Of a stretch of 10,433 bases of DNA, positions 1-6,612 are shown piece after piece. The position numbers and the translations under genes are program-made. Within the stretch, counting starts at the first letter, position 1; each line of letters starts with the position of its first letter. The notes under the pieces were generated by a model. The model saw only the letters and a list, made by a program, of their open reading frames with translations, had not been told where the DNA came from and made no database searches. The DNA lies in NCBI GenBank assembly GCA_027050205.1, contig JALUCS010000086.1, positions 1 to 10,433 of the forward strand. Reading direction: 5' to 3'. This DNA is from a candidate division WOR-3 bacterium. GTDB lineage: Bacteria; Hydrothermota; Hydrothermia; LBFQ01.

Positions 1-396
1 GCCATAGTGAGGGGGATAGACGACACCTACGTGGACTACGAGGGGATAGTGCCGACGGAGTTCGTCGCCGAGGTGGTGGTGGATACGGCCCTCCTCAAGA
101 GGAAGATAGACCGGATGATGGCCCTCGCCCCCGACACCTACGAGATAGACCTGGAGGTTAGCGAAGGCGAGATAACCCTCCGCACCGTATCCCCCAAGGG
201 TGAGGGGGTGGAGAGGCTGAAGGCCGAGACGACGGGGGAGATAAAGGTGCGCCTCATAGGGAGCCATATAACCCGGATGCTCAAGTACATAGACGCCGAC
301 TCCGTAAGGCTCTCCTTCTCCGGGGACAGCACCCCCGTGAAGATCGGACCGACGACGGACGATAGGCACTTCTACCTAACCCTTCCCATAGCATGA
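1..396 (+). CDS. dnaN: DNA polymerase III beta sliding clamp, C-terminal part (5' truncated by window edge)
   Basis: Frame is open from base 1 (AIVRGIDDTYVDYEGIVP...). IDDTYVDYEGIVP matches the beta-clamp 'I(D/E)G.FPDY..VIP' motif, and the end 'SFSGDSTPVKIGP...FYLTLPIA*' matches the 'P..I......Y.IMP..' C-terminus. Divergent. Confidence 0.8.
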   Translation, partial: AIVRGIDDTYVDYEGIVPTEFVAEVVVDTALLKRKIDRMMALAPDTYEIDLEVSEGEITLRTVSPKGEGVERLKAETTGEIKVRLIGSHITRMLKYIDADSVRLSFSGDSTPVKIGPTTDDRHFYLTLPIA

Positions 397-1346
397 AAAG
401 GTACGAGATAAGGGAACTCGGACCCGCCAAGGCCATAAGGGAGGCCTACGGGGACTTCCTCCTTGAGATAGGGGAGGACGAGAGGGTCGTCGTCATAGAC
501 TGCGACCTCGGCCACTCCACCAAGGCCGCCAAGTTCGCCGAGAGGTACCCCGAAAGGTACGTTGAGATAGGGATACAGGAGCAGAATATGATAGGCATGG
601 CCGCCGGCCTCGCCGCCGTCGGGAAGATCCCCTTCACCTCCACCTTCGCCATCTTCGCCGTAGGGAGACCGTGGGAACAGATAAGGCTCTCCGTAGCGTA
701 CTCCAACTTCAACGTGAAGATAGTGGCCACCCACGGGGGCATAGCCACGGGTGAGGACGGGGCATCCCACCAGATGACGGAGGACTTCGCCTTAATGGGG
801 GCCATACCGGGGATGAAGGTACTCTCTCCCTCCGACTACTACTCGGCGAAGAGCGTCCTAAGGGCCGCCTACGAGTACGAGGGGTACATCTACGTACGGC
901 TGGTACGTCCCAAGACCCCCACGATCTACCCGGAGGCCTTCCCCTACTCCATCGGTGAGGCCCACCTCATAAAGGATGGGGAGGACGTCGCCGTCATATC
1001 CACGGGCGTCCCCGTCCACCACGCCCTGAAGGCCGCCCTTGAGTTGGAGGGGGAGGTGTCCGTCGCCGTCTACGACTTCTTGAGCGTAAAGCCCTTTGAC
1101 GAAGAGGCCGTCCTTGACGCCGCCCGAAAGAGGTACGGCATCCTGATAGTTGAGGACCACGTCTTCTGGGGAGGCCTCGGCATGGCCGTCTCCTCCTTCC
1201 TCGCCAGCCGGGGCATATCCGTTCCTGTGCGATTTATAAACTTAGGGGACCAGTTCGGCAGGTCCGGTAAGTACGCCGAGCTGTACAGGTACTACGGCCT
1301 TGACTCCGAGGGCATAAAGGCGAAGATAAGGGAGATGGTAGGGTGA
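393..1346 (+). CDS. Transketolase C-terminal subunit (pyrimidine-binding plus C-terminal domains; split transketolase family)
   Basis: Motifs [50 protein letters not shown] and [15 protein letters not shown] overlap with the dnaN stop. Confidence 0.93.
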   Translation: MKRYEIRELGPAKAIREAYGDFLLEIGEDERVVVIDCDLGHSTKAAKFAERYPERYVEIGIQEQNMIGMAAGLAAVGKIPFTSTFAIFAVGRPWEQIRLSVAYSNFNVKIVATHGGIATGEDGASHQMTEDFALMGAIPGMKVLSPSDYYSAKSVLRAAYEYEGYIYVRLVRPKTPTIYPEAFPYSIGEAHLIKDGEDVAVISTGVPVHHALKAALELEGEVSVAVYDFLSVKPFDEEAVLDAARKRYGILIVEDHVFWGGLGMAVSSFLASRGISVPVRFINLGDQFGRSGKYAELYRYYGLDSEGIKAKIREMVG

Positions 1347-2218
1347 GGCTAAAGCGGAAACCCGAATGGCTGAAGATAAGGCTCTCCGGCGGGGGGGGCT
1401 TCCCGGAGGTGAGGGGTACTCTAAGGGAGTACGGCCTCCACACCGTGTGCGAGGAGGCCAGATGCCCCAACCTCCACGAGTGCTGGTTCCACGGGACGGC
1501 CACCATAATGATATTGGGGGACGTATGTACGAGGGGGTGTCGCTTCTGCGCCGTAAAGACGGGGAACCCCGGCGGTAGGGTGGACCCCCTTGAGCCGGTG
1601 AGGGTGGCGGCGGCCGTGAGGCGACTCAACCTCCGGTACGTGGTCCTTACGATGGTGGACAGGGACGACCTCCCCGACGGTGGGGCCTCCCACGTGGCCG
1701 AGACCGTCCGCCGCATAAAGGAGGTGAAGCCGGACGTTAAGGTGGAGGCGCTGGTGGGGGACTTTCAGGGGAAGGAGGAGGCCATAGAGGAGGTGGTACT
1801 CTCCCCCCTGGACGTCTTCGCCCACAACGTTGAGACCGTCCGCCGCCTGACCCCATACGTCAGGGACCGGAGGGCCTCCTACGACCTATCCCTGAGGGTC
1901 CTGAGGTACGCCAAAGAGGTGCGTCCGGACGTCCTCACCAAGTCCAGCATAATGGTGGGGATGGGGGAGAGGAAGGAGGAGGTGGTGGAGACGATGAGGG
2001 ACCTCCGGGAGGTGGGGGTGGATATAATCACCATCGGGCAGTACCTCCAGCCCACGCCCCGTCACTACCCCGTCTATGAGTACGTAAGCCCCGAAGTCTT
2101 CGCCGAGTACAGGGAGATAGGCTACTCCCTCGGCTTCAAGGAGGTCTTCTCCGGGCCTCTGGTGAGGTCCTCCTACCGGGCAGACAGAGCCTTCGCCGGC
2201 GCCACCCGAAGGGTATGA
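1343..2218 (+). CDS. lipA: Lipoyl synthase (radical SAM)
   Basis: RKPEWLK N-terminus, [12 protein letters not shown] (CX4CX5C), CTRGCRFC (CX3CX2C), [35 protein letters not shown] start overlaps the upstream stop (GTGA). Confidence 0.98.
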   Translation: MRLKRKPEWLKIRLSGGGGFPEVRGTLREYGLHTVCEEARCPNLHECWFHGTATIMILGDVCTRGCRFCAVKTGNPGGRVDPLEPVRVAAAVRRLNLRYVVLTMVDRDDLPDGGASHVAETVRRIKEVKPDVKVEALVGDFQGKEEAIEEVVLSPLDVFAHNVETVRRLTPYVRDRRASYDLSLRVLRYAKEVRPDVLTKSSIMVGMGERKEEVVETMRDLREVGVDIITIGQYLQPTPRHYPVYEYVSPEVFAEYREIGYSLGFKEVFSGPLVRSSYRADRAFAGATRRV

Positions 2219-2628
2219 TATACGCCGCCCTCGTCCTCATAGTCGTCCTGAACGCCCTCTACTCAACGATAAAGGTACCCCTTGACTTCGCCTATCTGGG
2301 CTTCGTCCTGACGCGGGAGACCAACCGCCCCTTCGCTCTCGCCACCTACGTGGCCATAGGCCTGACCAGGGACGCCCTCTTCCTGAGTAAGCCCTGGTAC
2401 TCCGCCCTCCTAATGACCGTCGGCGTCATCCTTATAAACCGGGTGAGGCCCCACTGGGTAATCCTGACGGCCACCGTCCTCCTAATCTACGGCACAGACC
2501 TCCTACTCCGCCTGACGGTCTGGGGGGTGAGGGTGGACCTTCAGGAGGCCTTATATACGGCGGTGGGGGTCGCCTTAGTGTCCTTCGCGTACCACCGGGT
2601 GAAGGAGCGAGAGCTAACCATCGTATAG
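2215..2628 (+). CDS. Small polytopic membrane protein, MreD-like
   Basis: 137 aa with 4-5 hydrophobic segments. '[11 protein letters not shown]...[16 protein letters not shown]...WYSALLMTV' resembles the MreD pattern PD.....GL..D.....AL. ATGA overlap with the lipA stop. The family call is tentative. Confidence 0.6.
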   Translation: MIYAALVLIVVLNALYSTIKVPLDFAYLGFVLTRETNRPFALATYVAIGLTRDALFLSKPWYSALLMTVGVILINRVRPHWVILTATVLLIYGTDLLLRLTVWGVRVDLQEALYTAVGVALVSFAYHRVKERELTIV

Positions 2629-2634
2629 CCGCCC

Positions 2635-3204
2635 CTACCCACCGGGGAAGACTACCCCCACGTGCAACCTCATGTAGAGGCGGAGGACGTTCCTCCGGGA
2701 GGCCACCTCGTATATCTCAAGAGAGCCGTTCGTGTCCTTTGCTCCGTACCATCTGGCGACGGGCAGATAGACGAGGCCCACCCGTGGGGAGAGGGAGAGG
2801 ACCTTCCAGACGATGGGACGGGAGACCTCCGCCCTGAAACCGGGGTAGACGTTCCGGAAGAACTGGTGGTTGTATCCGCTCAACCGCGTGTCTCCTATGA
2901 AAAACGTCGGCTTCTCAAGGCTAAGGCCCGCAAGGACGTCGTAGTTCCTGATGGGCCGGCCTACCATAAGGCGAAACGACCTGACCCCTGACGTGGTGTT
3001 CAGAGATATTGACGAGGGGTCGTAGGGGAAGTAGGACCCTACAAACGACACGTAACCCAGCCATTCCGCAGATCTCAACCCTAAGAAGTACCCGTTGGAA
3101 ACCTCCACGTAGGACGGGTAGGTGGAACCCCCGAAACCGGCTCTCTCCGACGCCCATCGGAGGAGATAGGCGCCGTCTATGCCCAAGCCGAGGAATACCG
3201 TCAT
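2635..3204 (-). CDS. Hypothetical beta-strand-rich protein (beta-barrel-like), paralog 2, 189 aa
   Basis: Start placed at ATG 3204 because AAGGAGGT (3218-3211) lies 6 nt upstream. Alternating hydrophobic/Gly/aromatic strand pattern. Clear similarity to the 3247-3768 product. Confidence 0.75.
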   Translation of the reverse strand: MTVFLGLGIDGAYLLRWASERAGFGGSTYPSYVEVSNGYFLGLRSAEWLGYVSFVGSYFPYDPSSISLNTTSGVRSFRLMVGRPIRNYDVLAGLSLEKPTFFIGDTRLSGYNHQFFRNVYPGFRAEVSRPIVWKVLSLSPRVGLVYLPVARWYGAKDTNGSLEIYEVASRRNVLRLYMRLHVGVVFPGG

Positions 3205-3210
3205 GGCCTT

Positions 3211-3218
3211 ACCTCCTT
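3211..3218 (-). promoter_or_regulatory. Shine-Dalgarno sequence AAGGAGGT for the 2635-3204 gene
   Basis: + strand acctcctt at 3211-3218, 6 nt from the ATG at 3204. Confidence 0.8.
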
Positions 3219-3246
3219 GTGCAAAAATGTCGTCCACGTCATAGTC

Positions 3247-3768
3247 TCACCTGCCCAGGGCCAAACTTATGTAGGCCATCGCCCGGAGGACCCTAACCTC
3301 ACCCTTCGGACTTATGGCCCCATCCACCTCCCTATAGACCGATAGGGACGGGTAGTAGGCCATACCTACGGTCGGGGCAATAGAGAGTATGCGGTACCTC
3401 CAGACGTAGGACACGCCCGCCCTAAGGCCGAGAGACACCCCCCGCAGGGAGGAGTTGAACCTATCTATCTCCCCATCCCTTACCCCCATAATCACCGGTT
3501 TGGCGAGACTCAAGGAGAGGAAGGGGGAGAGGTCCCCGAATTCCCGGTAGAGGGTGAGGTTGTAGAGGCGGTAGTAGTAGGAGGTGGTTAGGGCCTCCTC
3601 CGGTGCCGTTGCGTTCTCCCAGAGGTACATACCCCCGTAGGCGACGGCTACGGCGAACGTCCCCCGCCTTATGCCCACCTCTAAACCGAACTGGTGCGTC
3701 TTTTCCAGCCATGTCCAGCGGGGGAGATAAGTTGCCGGGCTAAAGTTAAGGGCTAAGAAGGGCATCAT
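3247..3768 (-). CDS. Hypothetical beta-strand-rich protein (beta-barrel-like), paralog 1, 173 aa
   Basis: Start placed at ATG 3768 (MMPFLALNFSP...), an ATGA overlap with the stop of the upstream gene, with GGAGGT just upstream. Amphipathic strand pattern (FGLEVGIR, AVAVAYGG, GLRAGVSY, AMAYISLALG). Confidence 0.75.
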   Translation of the reverse strand: MMPFLALNFSPATYLPRWTWLEKTHQFGLEVGIRRGTFAVAVAYGGMYLWENATAPEEALTTSYYYRLYNLTLYREFGDLSPFLSLSLAKPVIMGVRDGEIDRFNSSLRGVSLGLRAGVSYVWRYRILSIAPTVGMAYYPSLSVYREVDGAISPKGEVRVLRAMAYISLALGR

Positions 3769-4910
3769 GCTCCACCTCCGAAGAGTATATAAAAATAGTA
3801 GTACATCTTGAAAAATCCTGATGCGTGTCCATCCTTCCATAGCGTGACACCCCAGACCCTTGGATCATTGGGGTTAGAAGTTCTATCCCAGAGCGACGGG
3901 ATGTTAAAGTAAGACCGTGAACCCCAGAAATCGTCTCCGCCCCATTCCGGCTTAGGATAAGCGTGCGAATCTTCCTCCCACATTTCCACCTTGTAAACGG
4001 TACTCCAGGGATCCCCAGACGGTGCCCCTAAACCTCCGTCAGAGTATATGATATAATACCAATCACGCGGATGATAAACCGATACCCAAGAACTACCTGT
4101 AAAAGGATCATTTTCCCACCAGTAAGGTATTATTACCAAGCTACGTAATCCATGGAGATATACCTTTATATAAATCTCCATAGGCCATGCCCACCATGAT
4201 TCTGGATATCGACCATTCACAGCATTTACCTTAAAACCCATAAAGTACGGTATTCTTATAGTATCCCCTGGTTCCCAGCTTTCTAGTAAATAATCATAAT
4301 TAGAATTACTCTCTGAAGGAGATAACTTTTTGGGTCTTATCGGCTCAAAGGAAAGAACTACAACCGGTACGTCGGGAGGCTCCCACGCGTCCAGAAGCAC
4401 AGGCTCACCGTCCTTAAAAGCGACTATCTTTTCCACGTCCATATCCTCCGCCAGAGGAGCGTAGGCGACGTATAGCGTGCTATTAGGATCCTTAAAGAAC
4501 TGCTCCCTATGCTCTGGCCACGGGATGCTAACGTTGACCTTCTGGGCGTGTTTGTATGTAACTTTCAAGTTGAACGCACGCCCTATATCCATGAGAGATA
4601 CAGCGTTGCTGACGTTAGGGGAGTTCCTAAACAGGGCGTAAAGTTTCTGGCGGTTATTCCTGTCATTAAGGAGGAGGGACAGCTTCCTCGCGTAATCGCG
4701 GAGGATAAGTTCATCTTGCGGTATGTTACCTACCTGACGCCCTTTAACCATCGGAACCACTGAAGATTCGTAGTTGTTAGCGAACCTGCAGGTAGTCATG
4801 GTAAAGACCGCTACGAAGAAGAAGACGAAGAAAGCGGAAGAAGATGGAAGAAGATGGAAGATCTCCTTCCACTCCGTGCCTTTTCTGAGAAGTGCCCTTA
4901 TCTTCTTCAT
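3765..4910 (-). CDS. Putative exported/lipoprotein, DUF3103-like, 381 aa
   Basis: Basic N-terminus, hydrophobic stretch AFFVFFFVAVFTMTT, then the only Cys (non-canonical lipobox). 'LYVAYAPLAEDMDVEKIVAFKDGEPVLLDAWEPPDVPVVVL', 'ESWWAWPMEIY' and 'VEMWEED' resemble my recollection of DUF3103 motifs. The ORF is well supported; the family is tentative. Confidence 0.65.
   Translation of the reverse strand: MKKIRALLRKGTEWKEIFHLLPSSSAFFVFFFVAVFTMTTCRFANNYESSVVPMVKGRQVGNIPQDELILRDYARKLSLLLNDRNNRQKLYALFRNSPNVSNAVSLMDIGRAFNLKVTYKHAQKVNVSIPWPEHREQFFKDPNSTLYVAYAPLAEDMDVEKIVAFKDGEPVLLDAWEPPDVPVVVLSFEPIRPKKLSPSESNSNYDYLLESWEPGDTIRIPYFMGFKVNAVNGRYPESWWAWPMEIYIKVYLHGLRSLVIIPYWWENDPFTGSSWVSVYHPRDWYYIIYSDGGLGAPSGDPWSTVYKVEMWEEDSHAYPKPEWGGDDFWGSRSYFNIPSLWDRTSNPNDPRVWGVTLWKDGHASGFFKMYYYFYILFGGGA
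4836..4860. repeat. 2.5 tandem copies of a 10-mer GGAAGAAGAT within a GAA-rich tract
   Basis: GGAAGAAGAT 4836-4845, GGAAGAAGAT 4846-4855, GGAAG 4856-4860. Confidence 0.8.
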
Positions 4911-4918
4911 AGATCGAT

Positions 4919-4924
4919 ATTATA
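4919..4924 (-). promoter_or_regulatory. Putative -10 box (TATAAT) for the leftward three-gene unit, probably leaderless
   Basis: Minus strand reads TATAAT-ATCGATCT-ATG (8-nt gap). GTCACA (4/6 match to TTGACA) lies 17 nt upstream at 4947-4942. No SD. Confidence 0.65.
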
Positions 4925-5053
4925 AGGCCGAAATGGAACTATGTGACGCACATATAAAGTTGATCAACACACAATTTTATTATTAAATTGGTAAATTGCA
5001 TAATAATATGATTTTTATAAAATAAAATATTTGCAAATATTGAATAACTTCTA
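4925..5053. promoter_or_regulatory. AT-rich divergent intergenic region with several inverted repeats
   Basis: 4981-5040 has only 7 G/C in 60 nt. Palindromes: TATGTG-acg-CACATA 4940-4954, GTTGATCAAC 4959-4968, AATATTTGCAAATATT 5026-5041. Confidence 0.55.
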
Positions 5054-5091
5054 CTAAGCCCCGGTAATCACCAGACCGCGCATAGCCGCCG

Positions 5092-5097
5092 TAGAAT
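5092..5097 (+). promoter_or_regulatory. Putative -10 box (TAGAAT) 7 nt before the TTG start at 5105
   Basis: TAGAAT-AGGGAGG-TTG. The GGAGG abuts the start codon, too close to act as a normal SD. Confidence 0.5.
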
Positions 5098-5104
5098 AGG
5101 GAGG

Positions 5105-6598
5105 TTGCGGAAACTCCTGTACGTCCTCCGGTTTCTCTGGGTACTCCTCGCCCTCCTGCTCCTCGCGCACGTGGGCTTTAGGCTCCCCGGCAGACCGACC
5201 GTTCTGATAGACCGGTCCTTCAGCGCCCGCCTCGTCTTCGGCAAAGAACTGCTGGACACCCTCGCCGAACGGTTCCGTAGGGAGGGCTTCGCCGTCTCCT
5301 ACTTCGGCTCGGACACCCTGACGGACATCTACGGCGCCCTGAAGGGGGCTAAACCCCCTGTACTGCTCGTCTCCGACGGCATGCACAACGCCGAGGGGGA
5401 CCCCCTATCGGCCGCCTACGACAGGGAGGTAAACGTCCTCCTCCTCACCCCCCGGTCCATCCCCGCAAAGATAACCGATGTGCGTATGCGGAACCCCGCC
5501 CCGATAGGTAAGGAGACCCCCCTGACCGTGGAGTTCTCCGCCCCCATCAACGATACGGTGGTACTCCTGTCCGGGGACAGGAGACAGGTATCCTACGCAA
5601 CGGACAGGGCGACCTTCAGGGTGAGGGTGGATAGTAAGGAGAAGGAGGCTCGGATCCTAACCCGCAGCGACACCCTCTCCTTCCGGGTGTTCGGCAGAGA
5701 GGCCGGGGGGATCGGCATCCTCGTATGGACCCCTACCCCAGTCGTCCGGTTCCTGCGGTGGTTCCTTACGGACGCCGCCTTGAGGTTGATGCGGGACACG
5801 GCGGAGGTTAAGGGGAGGTACGCCTTTACGGTCTTCGTGGACCCGCCCTTTGACACCTTATCCGTACGCAGACCCGCCCTGTACGTCCTCGGTCCGAGAA
5901 GTGGCTTCAGGGTGGCCCGAGGGACATTCTACGTCAGGGGGGACGTCCCGCCCATCCGTGAGATATATCTCCCGGACGTAAAGTGGGACAGGGTATACGA
6001 GAGGGTGGGGAACTTCCCCCTCATAGCCTCCAAGGGAAACGCCCTCTTCGTCCTCTCCCCGGACATCTGGAAGGTATGGCTGGCTGACCCCTCCTCCTAC
6101 GATAGGTTTTTGGACTACCTCCGGGGCTTCGTCGTCAGGGACTACGAGGTCTTCGCGGATAAGCCCATATACGCCGTAGGTGAGATGCTCCGCATAAACG
6201 TCTATCCTCCCTTCCCCATGGCCGTCTCCGTAAACGGCGGCAAACCCGTACGCATCTCCTCTCTCTACACCTACACCGAGAGGCTCAAGGCGGGGGATAC
6301 CCTATTCACCGTGGATATATTCCGCAGGGGGGTGAGGGTGGCGTCCGAGACGGTGCGGATAAACCTTCGGGACGTACCGGCCGAGAAGGTCTATGTGGGG
6401 GTGGATACGGCCCTCCTCAAGAGTCTGGCGTCGGTTTCTGGTGGGGAGGTCTTCAGAGATGCGGGGGAGGCCATCAGGGTGATGCGGGAGAAGGGGGGAA
6501 GGAAGTTCAAACTCTCCTCTCTACTGCCCCTTTTCGTCCTCGTCGTCCTCCTCGCCTGGGTGGAGTGGTTCGTAAGGCGGGCGAGGGGGATGGTCTGA
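5105..6598 (+). CDS. Membrane-anchored protein with vWA-like (MIDAS) domain
   Basis: N-terminal TM segment, MIDAS-like 'VLIDRSFS' (DxSxS), 'TDI..AL' and 'LLVSDG.HN'. C-terminal 'LLKSLASVSGG' and TM plus 'EWFVRRARGMV' are typical of vWA membrane proteins. TTG start; in-frame stop at 5045 with no ATG/GTG between. Confidence 0.75.
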   Translation: MRKLLYVLRFLWVLLALLLLAHVGFRLPGRPTVLIDRSFSARLVFGKELLDTLAERFRREGFAVSYFGSDTLTDIYGALKGAKPPVLLVSDGMHNAEGDPLSAAYDREVNVLLLTPRSIPAKITDVRMRNPAPIGKETPLTVEFSAPINDTVVLLSGDRRQVSYATDRATFRVRVDSKEKEARILTRSDTLSFRVFGREAGGIGILVWTPTPVVRFLRWFLTDAALRLMRDTAEVKGRYAFTVFVDPPFDTLSVRRPALYVLGPRSGFRVARGTFYVRGDVPPIREIYLPDVKWDRVYERVGNFPLIASKGNALFVLSPDIWKVWLADPSSYDRFLDYLRGFVVRDYEVFADKPIYAVGEMLRINVYPPFPMAVSVNGGKPVRISSLYTYTERLKAGDTLFTVDIFRRGVRVASETVRINLRDVPAEKVYVGVDTALLKSLASVSGGEVFRDAGEAIRVMREKGGRKFKLSSLLPLFVLVVLLAWVEWFVRRARGMV

Positions 6599-6600
6599 CT

Positions 6601-6606
6601 TAGAAT
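6601..6606 (+). promoter_or_regulatory. Putative -10 box (TAGAAT) 6 nt before the dxr ATG
   Basis: TAGAAT-AGCGTA-ATG fills the 14-nt intergenic gap. No SD at normal spacing. Confidence 0.55.
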
Positions 6607-6612
6607 AGCGTA

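Noticed and set aside
393..1346. Calling this gene dxs or pyruvate dehydrogenase E1-beta because dxr and lipA are nearby
   Set aside because: It lacks the N-terminal TPP-binding domain of Dxs, and GIQEQNM and GEDGASHQ fit transketolase C-subunits rather than E1-beta.
138..1825. Antisense and alternate-frame ORFs over dnaN, transketolase and lipA
   Set aside because: Shadow ORFs expected in GC-rich coding DNA. They have no recognisable motifs and overlap well-supported genes.
3205..3237. GTG 3237 start for paralog 2
   Set aside because: No SD before it, whereas ATG 3204 has AAGGAGGT at ideal spacing.
3247..3249. TGA as selenocysteine or alternative genetic code
   Set aside because: No SECIS-like hairpin or redox motif is evident. 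TGA is a normal stop for several other genes here.
3769..3840. Longer start (3840) for paralog 1 given in the ORF track
   Set aside because: It would overlap the upstream gene by 76 nt. ATG 3768 has an SD, an ATGA overlap and aligns with the paralog's N-terminus.
4774..4986. 70-aa plus-strand Lys-rich ORF
   Set aside because: Antisense reading of the Phe-rich signal region running into the AT-rich spacer, with no start signals.
2635..5053. Mobile element, prophage, DGR or CRISPR explanation for the lower-GC block
   Set aside because: No integrase, transposase, reverse transcriptase, tRNA, terminal repeats, template/variable repeat pair or repeat-spacer array was seen by eye.
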